Positions 42,110-55,625 are shown, counted from the stretch's first letter. The stretch: 64,000 bases of DNA from Rhynchobatus australiae (GCA_034780895.1 JAUZTB010000077.1:11831615-11895614); one strand, 5' to 3'. Notes: generated by a model from the letters alone, not told the origin. Made by a program: numbers and translations.

Positions 42110-42312
42110 ATCCTGACTAACCTGTAATGACACAGTGTGATAACTTGCTGGTACACTGTCATCCTCATCATCGTCGCTATGTGACTTTGATGGGCGATGG
42201 TTAAAAGTTTTTGAACGCTTCATGGAGCTCTCCTTTTCCTTTTGCTTCTTCTTTAGTCGGTTTGATTTGTCAAACTTGTATGTTTTAGATTTCCTTTCAT
42301 GTGTTTTGTACC
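42110..42312 (-). CDS. GBF1: GBF1 exon (basic/acidic linker, tandem donors)
   Basis: (G)YKTHERKSKTYKFDKSNRLKKKQKEKESSMKRSKTFNHRPSKSHSDDDEDDSVPASYHTVSLQVSQD|gtaagt, 203 nt. Confidence 0.95.
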
Positions 42313-42887
42313 CTGCATTGAGCCCCAAATTACAAAAACACCAACTTTGAAATCAGCAAACCAATGTTCAAACAAAAAAAAATTCCAGAAGAAATGACTG
42401 ATGAACCACGAGGATGGTTACACCATTCTTTTAGCCACATGCACTTTAGTAGACATGCTCTCAAACAGTTCTGAAAAAAATTACAAGTGGTAGTTTGCTA
42501 AACAATTTTCTCTGCCTTTGTCCAACATAAATAAAACACTCAACACTCTGCTTCTTGTCTTACCATTTCACAAACATGCAGAAAATACCATGCAATAATG
42601 TACAGAGATCATAGCTGCCTATTAATCTTTATTTAATAATGTTATGTAATTAAGAACATCTGGATACTCAATTTGTAACATGTGGCTCATAACCAATGTT
42701 TTGCATGACTATGCCTTGGATTGATTTGTGGCAGACACAAGAGGTCCAAGTTATTATTGTTGGACTGTAACATAAAGTAAAAGATATTTATGAAACTTTA
42801 ATTTAATACTAGTCACAATTTGCTGAATAATGAGAAATGCAGATTTTTAATGTGGATTAGGGAAAAGCAAACACTTCCATAACTTAC

Positions 42888-43128
42888 CACCATTGAGATT
42901 TGCTTCTACAAAGATGCGAATTGTTTTTACACAAAGTTCAAAATTTTCTGGTGTCACATGGGCAGCATCTCTCACAATGAACGATAGTGACTCCACACAC
43001 TTGATAAGTGACTTAGTATCGTGTGAGCCCAGATCCTGCCCCAAGGTTAGGCTGTACTGATTGACAAGAGGAGAGCATCCCTGCTTTGGGCTAGAAGTTT
43101 TGTTGGTATCTAAGTCATCTCTCCCCAC
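42888..43128 (-). CDS. GBF1: GBF1 exon
   Basis: VGRDDLDTNKTSSPKQGCSPLVNQYSLTLGQDLGSHDTKSLIKCVESLSFIVRDAAHVTPENFELCVKTIRIFVEANLNG, 241 nt. Confidence 0.96.
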
Positions 43129-44659
43129 CTGCCAAAAATACCATCAACGTTATGAGCAACAAGACTTTGAAAAAGTTTAGANNNNNNNNNNNNNNNNNNN
43201 NNNNNAAAGAATTCTCATATTATTGCTTCTTTTAGGTACATGGCATAAGACTGTTTCATACATTTCCAAACATATACAACTTGCATTATGTAGCACTTTA
43301 ATCAATGTAGTGTCCCAAGATACAGGTATCTTGTGCACACAACATACTGTAAAAGATTTTGAATTATATGTACACTAAGTATTATTTGGCTTATTATTGA
43401 AGATGTGATTCAGGGAATGAAAGCACAAATGGAATCAATGCCAGGTGTTACTAGAGTAGAAGCAGTTCTGTATCTCTCTCCTTCATGTGTTACTGACAAT
43501 CCTGCTGTTCCTGGAACCTGTTGTTGACAGGCTGGGGCAAGGGGTGCAGTTGCTCAGCACTGAGATGTGGGGCTCAGTGCTGCACCCTGGCTGGCACAGT
43601 GAGTGGGGCCATTCCTGGGAACTGGAATCCACTCCATTTATTGACCGACCACCCGATCCTACAGTCTTCCTCATCACCTCCTGTTAAATGTCTAGGAAGC
43701 TACTGTCTCTCCCTCTTTGTTTAGCTGCACAGTTTACCGCAGACAAATTTCCAGGCTGAGGTGATGAGCTCAACTGTGTTTCCTGGCCATTGTGTTTATT
43801 ACCATACAGAAATCTCTGGACTGGGCAGAGCTGTGAAGCCAAACAGAGGGGGAGAAAGCAGCTTCCATTATATCCAGTAGGTGATAAGAGAGACCACAGA
43901 TTCCAAGCAATCTGTCAACAGGGAGCTGCTGCACAGGGTGCCCAGCGATGCTCCGCACTTCACTGTGGCAGCAAGGATGTAGCCCCAAGCCCCACATCAG
44001 AAATGAGTGGCCACACCATTTGGCTGGCCCGCCCAATGCAAACCCTCCCAGGCACCCTACCTACATCAAGCCGAGGGCCGATTCATTACTACAGCATGGC
44101 AGGGATTCACATCAGCTGGCAGGCACAGCAATGCACAGTCCACATTGATGTCTTATTTAAAATTCTTGGGGTACGCACCTGCGAGTGTTTGGACTGGAGG
44201 ACCAAGAGTGCTATAATAAATCAGTCCTCTGCAGGGTAGGGTTTGAGGGTGGGGCGATTGGAGGAAACAAGTCTGTGATTTTGTTAGGCTTGTGACCAAG
44301 TGAAAAACTTGATGGAAATCGAGCTGCGTCAACAATCATCTCCAACCACCAACCCAAATACCTCAGGGACTGATATTTTTTAATAACGACATAAACATCA
44401 GGTCCTCATAGAATCTGCAACTTTACAATATTGGTATCAGAAGGATAGTGTGGGCTCAAATGAAAAATTTTGGGAAGGGATATGCATGGATATTCAAGCC
44501 GAACAAGATGCTTCCAGGAACAGAATTCAAATGTAGCTCACACTGATGGAACAAAAGCCCTCACACAGTAAAGTGAAATATCACCAAAAGCTTTGCAACT
44601 GGACCTTTGTGTGCTTCCTAAGCTGGGGTGGCAATGAAAACACACTATACTGATTCCTA

Positions 44660-45060
44660 GCAGGTTTACTCTATGAGGAAAGATTAAGAAGACCAGGCCT
44701 ATGTTCTCTGGATTTTAAAGAATGAGAGTGGACCTCACTGAAGTGCACAAAACTGTTACTAGTCCTGACAGGGTAGATGCAGGGTGTCTAGAACCAGGGG
44801 TCACGGTCTCCAATTAGGGGTGAGCCATTCAGGACAAAAATAAAAGCAACCTCCTCTGGGAGGGTAGTGAATATTTCAAATAGTCTACCCAAGAGGGCTG
44901 AGAAGGCTCAGTCACTGAGTATATTCAAGAAAGAGAGTGATAGTTTTCTGGATATTAGATTGAATCAAGGGATATGGGGTCAGTGCAGGAAGTAGTGCTG
45001 GGGTAAAAGATCAGCTGTGATCTGTGAACAGAGGAGGCTTGCGGGACTGCATGGTACAGT
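44660..45060 (+). mobile_element. CR1 LINE 3' end
   Basis: ctatgaggaaagatt...ggcctatgttctctgg...agaaccaggggtcacggtctc...ctacccaagagggctg...aagggatatggg. Confidence 0.7.
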
Positions 45061-46337
45061 CACTTGAAGCTGGTTAAGGCACAGTTAGCAATGGTGAGAC
45101 ATTCAGATGCTGAGTGGTCTGGAGATAGATGGGGACAGAGATCACAAAGCTCTTGTAGGACCAGAAGTGATTATACAGAAGGACAAGAGTGAGGTGATGC
45201 TGGACTAGGAGCTAAAATATGGCAGCCAGCGTAGCCGTGATGGCCAAACTGTTTCTGTTGAATTGCATTCTGATCTTGCACTTCCCATCCTTGTGGCACA
45301 TTTCCTAAGGACTTTAAAGATCTCTTCCTTCTGCACAAGTAAGTCTGATGGTTCTCATTCCTCCAGTGTTTTGCTATTCAACTAATTTGTTGCTGAAACA
45401 TTTCTTTTGTCATCTATTCACTGATAGGTTGTGGGTATTCCTAGCAGGAGTAGCCTTTATTGCCCACCCCTAATTGTCCTTGAGAAGGTGGTGGTGGTGG
45501 TGAGTTGCAGCAGACCTTCTGGTAAAGGTACTCCTACAGTGCTGCTGGGGAGGGTGCTGCAGGACTTAGATCCAGCAACAATGAAGGAACAGTGAAGTAT
45601 TTCTAAGATGGTCTGGCAGGAGTAGGCCATTCCGCCTTTCACCATTTGACATACCATCATGGTTGATCATCCATTTCAGTATCCTATTCCTGCTTTTACC
45701 ACATATCCCTTGATACCTTNNNNNNNNNNNNNNNNNNNNNNNNNNNNNNNNNNNNNNNNNNNNNNNNNNNNNNNNNNNNNNNNNNNNNNNNNNNNNNNNN
45801 NNNNNNNNNNNNNNNNNNNAGTCAGATGGTAGGTGAGCAAAAAGGTGAGTTTTCCAAGGCTGTAGATAGACAGTTACAGATGTACAAACCACACTGCTTT
45901 CTTTCTGATGTGCAGCAACTTTTCAAATCGAAAGGAACACACTGAAGTTAGTTGGCCAAAGATCCCAAGAGAGAAATAGGAGATTTCTTTTTAAATATGG
46001 TTTGTTATAATCTTGAATATGGAAAAGATTCAATAATAACTTGCAAAATGAAAATGCATAAATGTTTGAAAAGGACAAAAATATAAGATTGATTGAGTCA
46101 TTCTTTCAAAAGAAATAGCATAAGCACAACCGTTCTGTTAGACCTCCTCGACACTTCTGTATCATGGGCAATTGTATAGTGCTCCGTTACCTTAACCCAC
46201 CACTAATAAATGCTCTCACTCTAGATCAGTAAACTGGGCTGAAGACACCAGACTTTTTGCAATAAATGATTTTTAATAACTTTAGAACATGGAAATAAAA
46301 AGTCAGAATGTGTACAGTTCACTTGTATATAACTCAC

Positions 46338-46498
46338 CACCAGCCAGCCACTGCTGGCAATGTCCACATCAGTGGCAGAACGGTGTACCTTGGTCTGCTT
46401 CCCATGCTCTGCATACACTTCAGAATCGGAGGTGTAGCCACGATCTGAACGAACTTCACTAGGATGGTAAGATGCAATTTCACTGTCAGACTGTGCAC
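46338..46498 (-). CDS. GBF1: GBF1 exon (phospho-rich linker)
   Basis: (G)AQSDSEIASYHPSEVRSDRGYTSDSEVYAEHGKQTKVHRSATDVDIASSGWLV, 161 nt. Retains the HRSAT motif, which is the AMPK site T1337 in human GBF1. Confidence 0.95.
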
Positions 46499-46544
46499 CT
46501 TTAAAAGAAAGACAACACTCATTACTGTAAGATCACATAGCACA

Positions 46545-47835
46545 AAACTGCAGCTAAAAATCTGAAATTATAATAGAAAATGGCAGAGATACTCTGCAGG
46601 TCCAACAGTATCTGTGAAAAGACAAGGTTAGCACTTCAGAGCTATGATCTTTCATCAGAACTAAGAAAGGGAGAAAATAATATTATTTAGGTTTCAGAGA
46701 AGGAGAAGAGTGAAGAGAACAAGAGGAATGTCTGTGACAGGTTGGAGCCAATTGTCCAAGTGACAGAAATGCTAGTGACAGTCTGAGAGAGGATGGTGAA
46801 CGCTGATCTGTCTGGAGTGCAAGCTGGCAGATAAAGAGGGCAGGTGAAGCAACACTTCATTTGCACTTGTTTCAATTTAGCACATCGCACAAGAACAAGC
46901 AAAAGCAGTAGGCCAATCAGCCTCTTTAGCCTGCTCTGCCATTCAATAAGATCATGGCTATATTAATGTTGGTCTCAACATCACATTCCCTCTTTGCCCC
47001 CACCATACCCCTTAGGTCAAATATCAGTCAATCTTTGCCTTGAATATATTCAATAACTCTGCCTCCAGAACTCACTGGGGTAAAGAATTCCAAAGAGTCA
47101 TAAGCCTCAGAGTAAATATTCCTCCTTATCTCAGTCTTAAAAGAACGACTCCTAATTCTGAAACTATGAGCCTTATTCTAGATTCCCCAACTAGGGGAAA
47201 CATCCACTCACCACCGCTCAGCATCTTCAATAAGATTGTGATTCAATGCACGACCCCACTTCCACTGATCTGTCTTTGGTCTCCTACGGTATTCCAATGA
47301 AGGCCAGTGTAAGCTAATGGAACAAGTGCCTCATCTTTCACCAGGAATGCTCAGGCCACAGAACTAAATATCAAATTCAATTTCAGGTAACTAGCCTTTC
47401 CTATTTGTGTCTGGACCGGCCACTTCTGATGCAAGGTTATCAACCTACAACAGTAATTCAGTTTTTCCTCTCTCCACAGACACTACCTGACCCGAGTACT
47501 TGTAGCATTCTCTTTTATTACAAGTCTACAGCAACTGCTGTGTACTGCATCTCATTGTTCCAGTGTAGTTTTTCTGCTGTCTGCCCTCATTCACTGCCCC
47601 CTACTTCTAGTTCTGATAAATAAGCATTCATCAGCCTCTCTCAGAAATCACCAACAGCATGTCACAAGGGCAATCTCGACCTCTAACCAATCAGAGACAT
47701 CTTGCTGCAACTTTAAATACGGTTGCCTTCTCACTTTTCTTATTTTGATGAAAGGTCGACCGCCTGAAACTTTAACTCTGTTTTGCTCTCCACAGATGAC
47801 CTGCTGAGTATTTCCAGCATTTTTTTTTATTGTTG
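46545..47835. mobile_element. Penelope-like remnant with inverted terminal repeats and a nested reverse CR1 3' end
   Basis: Reverse terminal repeat at 46545-46670, forward copies at 47460-47550 and 47740-47830, a GIY-YIG C-terminal fragment at about 47240-47390, and a CR1 tail at about 46890-47230. Confidence 0.55.
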
Positions 47836-49248
47836 ATCAGTATAGCCATGTGGGTCTCAGCAGGGACAAAATGGGAGAAGCGTTAACAATTAAAAACTTG
47901 AATGCTGACATTTTTAATTAACTGACCACCACCCCACTCCCTTCACCAAGCATGGCACAGCCACTATTACTCCAATCTCTGGAAATCCCTCTTCAAATAG
48001 CTGCAAACCTCGTTCCTCCTTTAATATCTCCATAACCATGCTTTTAGTCGCTTGTTCTAATCTCACTTGTTTTAGCTCAGCCAATTTTATAATGATAGTT
48101 CTGTGAAGCATCATGTCATATTTTTCTATGTCAAAAGGTGTTTACACAAATTAAATTTAATTGCTAAACTCTCAAAATGGGGGAAGAAAGGAGGGCAGTA
48201 TGTATAGAATTTATAATACAAAACAGGAGCAAATAATGAAAATCTCCAAAGTGAGAGTGGATATTCCATCATTAAAAAATTCTCAATGTAATCATACATG
48301 TTCAGTGAATATACTTTCAATACTACTATAAACCAAGCTCCAGCAAAAGAACTAAAAGCCAATGCAGATTAATTCCATTATTTATTCTTAAAGGGAGTCC
48401 TAATCTGAACACATCCCCAATGAGGTACAACTGCCCAAGATGTAAAATTTACAGATTTAAGCCATTTTGTTGCACTTTCCCACTGCATATTTCCTATTAT
48501 TCACTGCCAGGGAAAGGAGCCTTGGAACATCTTCCTTCTGCTTTTAGTTGTCATGTTGCTACTAGTTATGCTGGGAACCATGTACAAGATAGGGCCCAGC
48601 TGATCATCAGAGAATAAACACAGAGATGTTTCACACATTTACTCCATGAAAATTGCCCACTTTCAGCCAAAAGCACATAAATAAACTCATATTTGAAATC
48701 ATGTTAGCTCTCCAATGAAAAATGAAAAAGGCAAATGATGTGTTGCAAAACTCTGGCTCTCTTCTGCTATAAGGTTACAAAGACCAATAAGAAATACTTT
48801 GCTACCAATTTCCTGTTAGAGACCCCTCAAAATAACAGGATTCCATTTTTTTTTTAAAAAGCAGTTAATTGGTATATCCACCTACGAATACATTAGATTT
48901 GCCACTTCCCTTTATTGTTTATAGCAATAAGTTCAGCTCAAGCTCAATTAGCGAAATTCACTGCACTCATTAATTAATGGAACCCATTAGATCAATGAGA
49001 ATTTATGGAATATATTACAGCACTAATTAATAAGGCTCAGTTTACAGTTAGCAGCTGAACCACCAGCTATCTAATTTCACCGTGTCCTTATTTTCAGTTT
49101 ATTTTCTTCCCCACTACCTTTTCTGCATCTGTTTTGTCCTCAACGACTAACTGAAATGAAGCAAACACCAGCTGCTTGTTAGTGGATAGAGCTTCACTTT
49201 ACATAACATCAGAGGTTTCTTAGTAATGGGGTAATTCTGGAAATTAAC

Positions 49249-49474
49249 CTGCGTCATGGCTATCGGCTCCAGATGCTATCTGCAGAGCAGGTGGAGGTTT
49301 GACTCCTGCCCCAATACATTCTAAGAGAGTAAACAAGGTACACCAGTCATCACTCGAGTGAATGTTGGCAGCATTGGTCTTCAACAGCTCGTGTAACCCA
49401 TAAGCAATTTGCCGGCTCACTCTTGATAAGACAACCGGTTTCATCATGAGCAGAACTCTCAAGGACAAGAGGAC
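49249..49474 (-). CDS. GBF1: GBF1 exon (HDS2)
   Basis: VLLSLRVLLMMKPVVLSRVSRQIAYGLHELLKTNAANIHSSDDWCTLFTLLECIGAGVKPPPALQIASGADSHDA, 226 nt. Confidence 0.96.
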
Positions 49475-50038
49475 CTGAAAAATAAATCAAAATATTTTAA
49501 ACAAAAAAAGATTCATATTGCTTCATTCTGGTATATGAAATGTAATTAGAACTGTCTTTATACAACGATCCATGGGAAGAGTTGAGAGAATCCTCACTGA
49601 AAGCTGTTGAGCACTCAACAGCACTGAGTTTACAATAATGCTTTTTTTTAGGAAATTATATTTACCAAAGAAAAATTGACATTGGGTCAAATCTCACTGG
49701 CTCCAAACCCATCCTCTGGCTCTTTGCTGTTTAAATAGCATGAAGTCCAAAACATCCACACAGGCACTGTCAAACTGCAATATACTGGACTTATTAACAG
49801 ATTTTGAATTGCATATTTATGAACTTACTTCATGAATTCTATATAGATTCGAAAGGTAAATGAATGAAAGGAATATGATAAAAAAATGAAAAAGGCAAAT
49901 AATCTGTGTTGCAAAACTCTGGCTCTATGTTTCAAGGAATCTCTGAATTTACCTTGAATGTTCATGTACAAATTCAATTCCAGTTTACATTAAGGAAGGT
50001 GGATTTTTATTTTAGCTTGGTTCTGCATTTCCTCATAC

Positions 50039-50192
50039 CTGTGAGCTGATCTCCTCTCTGCGCAGTAGTCGTATTGCCAGCCTCAGAAGACCCACAACTG
50101 CTCTTTCAACAAGGAAGCATTGTTCTGTGGCATGAACAGTCAAATGATAGAGATGGTCTCTTACAGTTTGCCAGACACAGGAAACACGGTCT
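50039..50192 (-). CDS. GBF1: GBF1 exon
   Basis: (R)DRVSCVWQTVRDHLYHLTVHATEQCFLVERAVVGLLRLAIRLLRREEISSQ, 154 nt. Confidence 0.96.
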
Positions 50193-50554
50193 CTGTAGGA
50201 AAGAATAACCAAAGGCATCAAATAAAAAATACAATTCTTTCGCTCATAGATTGCTTAAGCAATTTCAAGAAAGTGGAAGAGTTTCTGCTACGAGACTACA
50301 TTATCTTAGACAGCAGCACTCCACACAAATTCCTTCCTGATTAGGGTCAATTGTCGTTCGTGGTCTTGAAGCAACCTGGTCCGCATCAATTTGATAATTC
50401 TGAGGATCACTGAATCATCGTGAATTAGCTTGTTTTTTTTAATCTGGAATTTATTACAAGTTTTAATACTACAGATGGTATTTACCTCCATTGGACATTA
50501 AATCTCTAAAGTAGGGTCTGATCTCATCTACGGTTAAAAAAAAGCAACAACAAA

Positions 50555-51800
50555 GCAAGATGCTGGAAACTGAAAGAAAAACAACTTCATTCTCTTACAT
50601 CTCCACCTCAATGAATTACTGGCCCAACATGATGTCGAGCTCCTCTTCTGCTACCTTTGCCTCTACGTCCATTTGAGTGACTGGACACTGAACAGCAACT
50701 TGCTCCAAGTCAAAGGAGTAGCAATGAGAACCCAAATGTATCTGTGCAATGCTCGCCTTTATGTGGCACATATGGAACAGTCCTTGGTTCAACCCTGCTC
50801 AGGGCTCCTCCCTCACCTCTATTTCTTGCACGTTTTGATCATGTATTGGTGCTGTTTCCTGCTCTCATGCAGAACTCAAATATGTCATCACCTTTTGCTG
50901 CCAAGTTCCACGTGGCCCACCTCTGATTCATCACTTTGCTTTCTTGACTTTCCATTTCCCTCTCAGAGGATAGCTCACTGATGTCCACAGCTACCTTGAC
51001 CACACCTCCTCCCATTCAATTCCCTTCAAGGATTCCATTCCATTCTCCCAGTTGCTCTACCTCCATTGCATTTGCTCTCATGAAGCCAATTTCCATAGCA
51101 ATACTTCTGAGATTTTTTCCCTTTTCCAAACTTTGGTTTTCTCTCCATTTACCAAACCTACACTCACCTCCATTCCTCCTCCAAAACGACAGGGTTCCCC
51201 TCATCCTCCCTTCCATCCCGTCTCTCTGCATTTTCCACTACCTTCAATGTGATGCCACCACCAGACATCTTCCCCTTTCCTTTCAGGATTCCAAATGGAC
51301 CATTCCCTGGGTGATGCTCTGGGTCATTCTTCCACTTCTCACTGCATCTTCTCATGCAGCTCCCGAAGATGTAACACCTGCCCTTTCTTCCCCTTCCCTT
51401 CATCGAGGAACCAAATCACATCGTCCAGGTTCAAACTTCCAGCATCTGCAGGGTCCTGCTTCTCCACTTTGTATCTCAGAGTTCCTACATTTTCTGTTTA
51501 ATTTTCTCACTTTTCCCATCTATTTTAAATTGATCACCTCTTATATGTCCTCCAGAGAGAAAATCTCTAATCAATCCTTCATCACCCTCTGCCTCGATGA
51601 TGTTTACCACCCTCTCTCAGCTGACGCCACTATTTACGTCATTCACCCGTTCACAAACGTTCCCTGCTTGATCTTCAACTTTTCTCAGTTCTGATAAAAA
51701 GTCATTGACTGTAGACATTAATTCTGGGTCTTTCTCCATGCATGCTGCCTGAACCACCGCGTACTGCCAAGAAATCTGATCCATATTCAGTTTCTGAGAG
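50555..51800 (+). mobile_element. Penelope-like element remnant (RT region plus terminal repeat)
   Basis: LLQVKGVAMRTQM...LYVAHMEQSL (PLE RT motif QxxGxAMG...) and NDRVPLIL, with a terminal repeat at about 51685-51795. Confidence 0.75.
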
Positions 51801-51847
51801 TAATCACTGTTGAGCAACCATGAACTGACCCAGATGTTTCCTTGTAC

Positions 51848-51942
51848 CTGTTTTCCAGCACTATCCGTAGCAGCATCTCAAGGGAAAAAGCCGCATCTTC
51901 CTCATCGTAGGTGTCCTCGTCTGGTGTCACAGAAATGAGAGC
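51848..51942 (-). CDS. GBF1: GBF1 exon
   Basis: ALISVTPDEDTYDEEDAAFSLEMLLRIVLEN(R), 95 nt, translated manually. Confidence 0.95.
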
Positions 51943-52369
51943 CTAATGAAATTACAGGTGAAATAAAACTGCTTTAGTGGGAAGCTGCCCAAATCAAAGC
52001 ATGCAGGTAAAGTTCCAAAAAAAGAAACACCAAAATTAGATCAATGTTGCATTAAGAATGCAACATGACCAATCCAACGGCTTTTTGAGGAAATTGTCAA
52101 ATGTGGTAGATTTGTGCGCATTGTAATTTGGGACAGTTATACAGCACAAGTAAACTGATGAAATAGATTGATACATCTTGCTTAATTTAGCAGATTCTTG
52201 TACTGTCCTCCAAAGGACCTGGGTCTTCCATAAGTTACCACAATTACCTGGATTTGCATCAGTGTAGCAAAGGTCTTAACTAAATAAGCAGATAAACACA
52301 ATAAGCTTATGCCAAAGGACAAGAGCATGAGACTTCCCATTTGGATTGTTTACTTTATAATGATCAAAC

Positions 52370-52441
52370 CTTCATCAGCTCTTGAAGAGACTCCAACTGA
52401 AGGAATTTGCTCTCAGTAATCAGCTTTTCAGGGTCACATTG
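52370..52441 (-). CDS. GBF1: GBF1 exon
   Basis: QCDPEKLITESKFLQLESLQELMK, 72 nt, translated manually. Confidence 0.95.
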
Positions 52442-53462
52442 CTGGAAAGAAAGAAAAGTTAAAAGAAGATACGTCACAACTAATGGAGATGGAGGTAACA
52501 TTACTGCAGATCACTGAGCAATAATTTGACTGACAAATACCCTGATGATAAATCATAACAGTACTGTCAAATAATATGAAATAGTTTGAGGAATAATTAA
52601 ACTTCATTGCAAATCGCATGAAGTTGCAAGGAGAGAATACTATCAAGATTTCTAGTAAATGCCACAGCCACTCTGCAGGACACACATAAAGAAAAAAAAT
52701 AGAACGAGGCAGGTCCTCTTTGGAACATGAGTACGGTAAAAGAATGCTATTGGCGTGCTGTGAGAGGTGGCCCCTCTAATCCTGAAGGATAGGGAGGAGG
52801 ATATTGGGCTGGTAGATTCTATGGAAGAACAGCAGTAGAATGGCAGGTAGGAGATGAAGTGTTATCGCTGCAACTGGTTTGTTAAACAGATATTAAACTC
52901 ACAGCCTATTTCATTTATATAATGGCATTTAGGAATTTTGCCTATTAGAAGTTAAAAACTCCATTTCCAGAGCTCAAGTTCGCCTTCTCAAAATGGGCAT
53001 CACATGCAATATGCACATAGCATAATTTCAGGGTCTATCATTAATGCAAGTTATCCTTTCATTCATAATAAAGAAAACAAATGCAAGAAGATACAAGGAC
53101 TATTTCAGTTCTTTACAATGTCCACAGATATTAAATGATTCTTAACCAAGCAATTGGTATAATCACCATAGAAAACTTGCTTTTATTCTCTGGCTAATCT
53201 ATTAAAAGGCATTGAGAAATATTAAATAATGAATGGAACAAAATGGAAAGTGGCAATAGTCTGAAATAATGCAATGCAGCAATTCTGTATAGACAAACTA
53301 ATTTTAGAAAACACCATTTTTCCATTTCCACAGCAAATCTTTCCTTGAAGGATGTGACATTCAATATATTAGAAGCTATAAAAGTCTACCAACTGTTAAA
53401 CATCTTGCAAAGAAAAGCATGAACATATTCCAGGCAGTTAAGCAGCATTAAGTTTAATTTAC

Positions 53463-53586
53463 CTTAATGCATTCCAGAGCTGCTTGTTTGGCCTCTTCAT
53501 TCTCTATAGAGGGCCCCCTTAGACCAGACTGTTCATTACCACTTAGTGTGAGCCAACTAACAAAGCTCAGAACTGTGGATTCACCA
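53463..53586 (-). CDS. GBF1: GBF1 exon
   Basis: (R)GESTVLSFVSWLTLSGNEQSGLRGPSIENEEAKQAALECIK, 124 nt. Confidence 0.95.
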
Positions 53587-54550
53587 CTGCATTTCAAAAC
53601 AAAACAATTTACTTTAGCGGCAAAGAACTCTCAGATGCCTTGATTGTACAGAAATTTGACAAAAACTGTGAGTGGTTTTACATTTTCTTAACAATACATG
53701 CTATCGCACAGTTGTTAAAATTGTGCTCAATTTTACTCAATATTTTAAATCAATATTACTCAAAACTATTTAATTTTGATGCATTTTGAACTACGGCAAC
53801 CAAGTAGAAAACATCTTAGTATTAGCTTCTATAAAATATATAATGGGATTGGAAGAAATCACTTATTCGAGACGGTACCCTTAAACTGTGAGACAAGCTT
53901 AATGTCTGACCCATTCATTCCTTCAATTTCAATTAGCACATAAGCCTATTTTTTGCTCAGAAAAGATACAAGGACATGATCCGGAAGAACTATTAAGGAA
54001 ATTATCACTGTTCCTGTGACTCTTACCCCAAACAAAAGTAAAATAACAAACTACCAATTCTCCTTTTCCCACCTCTAGGGTGATGAATTCTGCCAAATTA
54101 TCTCATCATCTCAAAAAAGGCATTGAAAATGTATGCATTTTTATAACAAAATATCATTAAAATATGAGAGATGGGAAAAATGTGACTAGATAGAGTGAGG
54201 CTACATGTTGTGATGAAATCTCTTGGATTATAGCCAGTTAGCTATTTTACACTCCAGTAGTTACCCAAATATCCTGGTCCACTTTACTCCCTGCCCCTAC
54301 TATTTATCCCTTTTCCTCTTTCATTGTTCCCCCAATTCCTTACCTTCATCACCTCATTCACTATTCCCTCCTCTTCTCAACCTATCTCTCAAGAGCATCC
54401 CCTTAATTCCTTTCCTCTCTTCCCTCCGCTGCTCCTTATCCAAGTAATTCAACACATATATATTCTCCAAATGAACAATGCAGGGGAGGTTTAAAATGAA
54501 TCCAACATCAGAATCATATTATGAGTCAGCAATGAAATTATGACTCCTAC

Positions 54551-54615
54551 CGATTTGAGGGAGTTTCCACCCGCTGGAGTGAGATTTTCCCATTGGGTTC
54601 CACAAAGTCTTCTAC
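54551..54615 (-). CDS. GBF1: GBF1 exon
   Basis: VEDFVEPNGKISLQRVETPSN(R), 65 nt. Confidence 0.95.
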
Positions 54616-55419
54616 CTGCACAAACAGAGTCACTTGCTAATGAAATGTTAGTCAGTTTAGTCTAAGTACTTTCAGAACTCAGGTTAGAGAAGATTATGCT
54701 GATTTTTTTTGTTTAAAACTAAATAATCATGCAATTATCAAACAGGTGCAATAGCTACTAAGAGTTATAAGAGATTACATAACAAAGGCAAAATACTCCA
54801 AAACCAAATTAATTGTTTTCAAAAAAATAAAAACATGGAAAATAATTAGGTATATTGTGTGCCTGCCTTGTTAGAAATTCAAATCTTGCCCACAAATGCA
54901 TCTTTACTGTGTCTACTACAGAACTGCTAAAACATTTCCATAAACTTTCAACAGAGTAACAATAAACTGACTAAAAAGGACCTTAGCAGGCATTCAACTA
55001 CTTTTGTAAATACTATTTTTTTTAGCACTTTCATCTGCATAACAATTTTATTTCACAGCTGTTTCAAATACATCAGTTGGACAGTTCAGTGAGAATAATA
55101 AATAATTCAAAAGCAACTGGTAATCTCTTGACTCAGGTAAAGCATTTCATCTGTTTTTAAATACAACACAAAATATTTTAGATAAAAACTCATGTAAAAT
55201 ATTTACTTGGGATTTTTAAAGTTGATGAACCATGATTGGCTACTGAAGTAATTTAACAATGTCTATCCACAGAATAAAGATTCCCTTCCAATGACACATT
55301 AATTATTTCATTCAGAAGCAATGAGGTAGAATTTTTGTCTGGGTTTCCTAATCTGCCATGAGTGAAAGTTCAGCACAAGCTCTAGAAAAATAACAAATGG
55401 GTTCACACCAAGATAGTAA

Positions 55420-55625
55420 CAGAATGCTGGAAATCGGTCAAGCAATATCTGCAAAGAAAGAAACAGAGTTAAGGCTTCAGGACATTCTAACTTTCCTTAG
55501 TTGTGATGAAACTTCATTAACCCAAAATGTTAACTCTTTCACTCTCTACAGATACTGCCTGGTCTGAGCAGTTCTCAGATTCTCTGTTGTTATTTCAGAC
55601 TTCCATAACCCACAGCATTTTGCTT
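55420..55625. repeat. Head-to-head pair of Penelope-type terminal repeats (hairpin-like)
   Basis: gaatgctggaaat...tatctgc...aaacagagttaa is mirrored by gttaactct...acagatactgcctggtctgagca...ttcagacttcca. Confidence 0.55.

Noticed and set aside
50981-51694. 237-aa ORF as a novel gene
   Set aside because: It lies within a decayed Penelope-like element and is pyrimidine-rich and stop-poor.
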